Part shown: positions 63,301 to 64,000 of the stretch, piece after piece
Numbering within the stretch: position 1 is the first letter of the stretch
Layout of the letters: every line of letters begins with the position of its first letter
Assembly: GCA_011109175.1 (NCBI GenBank)
Contig: RDEW01000064.1
Span: forward strand, 1 to 64,000
Reading direction: 5' to 3'
Length of the DNA: 64,000 bases
From: Dicyema japonicum
Lineage: Eukaryota; Animalia; Dicyemida
Made by a program: the position numbers and the translations under genes
The notes under the pieces: model-generated
Databases searched by the model: none
Seen by the model: only the letters and a program-made list of their open reading frames with translations
Told to the model about the DNA's origin: nothing

Positions 63301-63780
63301 AATGTCGGAGATGATGAGAATACAGCTCACCAGGTCGGCCACCAGCTGCAAAATGGATACAGTCGGGTAGTAGTTGGTGTTCTATAGTGAGAAGAAGCAC
63401 TACAATGTCCAGTCGTGGAAGAGTATCGGCTAACAGTCTGGCGAACTCTCGGATGTGGTCAAGGAGGCCCATAAAGTTCTGTAGAGTATAGTACATGGGA
63501 CCGATGTCCTTCATAATATCCATCCTGAGAAGGCAAAGATTGGAAACAAAATTCTTTAGTGAGTGAAATTTAAACCGACTTAATGTCTAAGGAATCGTGC
63601 TTCTTGGAGATATACTTGATAGCAGACTCCACGTTTTTATCCGCTATCCATCCGGATGTGTCACACAGCATCTGCATGCAGGAGTAATGGTACCTTTTTG
63701 TAGTTGTAAAACCTTACAAGGAGGCCACTACATCTTAAGCATAATTTGGAGGTATATTCGGATAATACATAGCAATCCAT
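60310..63780 (-). CDS. NCKAP1: Nck-associated protein 1 (Nap1/Hem-2/Kette), WAVE regulatory complex subunit; about 20 introns of 19-24 nt
   Basis: Spliced reading follows remembered NCKAP1 motifs in order: GLLVRFYNYKK (GMLTRLYNIKK), ADKNVESAIKYI (IDKNLESAVKFI), LYYYCHLCIHG (LYNYAHEMTHG), CLIRDKV (LFRDEV), IRERR (HRERR), CDLSTY (SDLSIF), LCPEE, FDLEEY (FNAEEY), GFSNN (GHCNN), HWFPDV (SCFPYV). Introns include 63672-63693, 63554-63575, 63382-63403, 63210-63232, 63005-63028, 62933-62955, 61011-61032, 60974-60995, 60382-60403. Segment 62290-62440 not parsed cleanly. Confidence 0.9.
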
Positions 63781-64000
63781 TTGAATTTTATTATTTTATT
63801 TAAAGTTTTAAATTTCTGTAATTTTTAATCAATTTTTAATTAATTACTTTTTAACAGGTGTGGGAGATAAAAGTAATAATCCGTCTCTCAAAAACCTCTC
63901 CAAGTTATTATCTACACTAGAATCAAAAATTCCCTAATCAAAGATCACTTCATGATGCTCGGTCTATGAAAATAGTAAAACAATTGTCAACGGCCTTTGA

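Noticed and set aside
1-64000. Alternative genetic code or stop readthrough to explain fragmented host ORFs
   Set aside because: In-frame stops fall inside GT-AG micro-introns (often the terminal TAG); the standard code gives coherent proteins after splicing.
1-64000. Prokaryotic defence or retron-type system suggested by the many reverse transcriptases
   Set aside because: All RTs carry eukaryotic non-LTR features (APE or RLE domains, poly(A)/simple tails); no operons, rRNA or prokaryotic genes seen.

Overview
AT-rich eukaryotic nuclear DNA, with two N gaps, dominated by decayed transposable elements: CRE-clade and R4-like RLE-type non-LTR retrotransposons, RTE and I/Jockey-group LINEs, and hAT, MULE, pogo and Ginger/Gypsy-type integrase remnants. 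The main discovery is that host genes are split by ultra-short spliceosomal GT-AG introns (mostly 19-27 nt, commonest 22 nt), so the ORF track misses or fragments them. Manual splicing recovers: a divergent NCKAP1 (Nap1/Hem-2, WAVE complex) gene with about 20 micro-introns; a POLDIP3/SKAR-like RRM gene; a secreted EPN/WND C-type lectin; a type II membrane HtrL/YibB-like gene plus a truncated paralogue; an LRR surface-protein pseudogene with one repeat per exon; and a type I membrane mucin built from eight consecutive symmetric 24-nt micro-exons separated by 23-26-nt introns (211-1151). The mucin locus is the most unusual feature. Gene content suggests a highly derived parasitic eukaryote, probably an animal (myxozoan or mesozoan-like), but this is inference. 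All splicing and homology calls were made by eye against remembered family motifs; no searches were run. TE boundaries are approximate.
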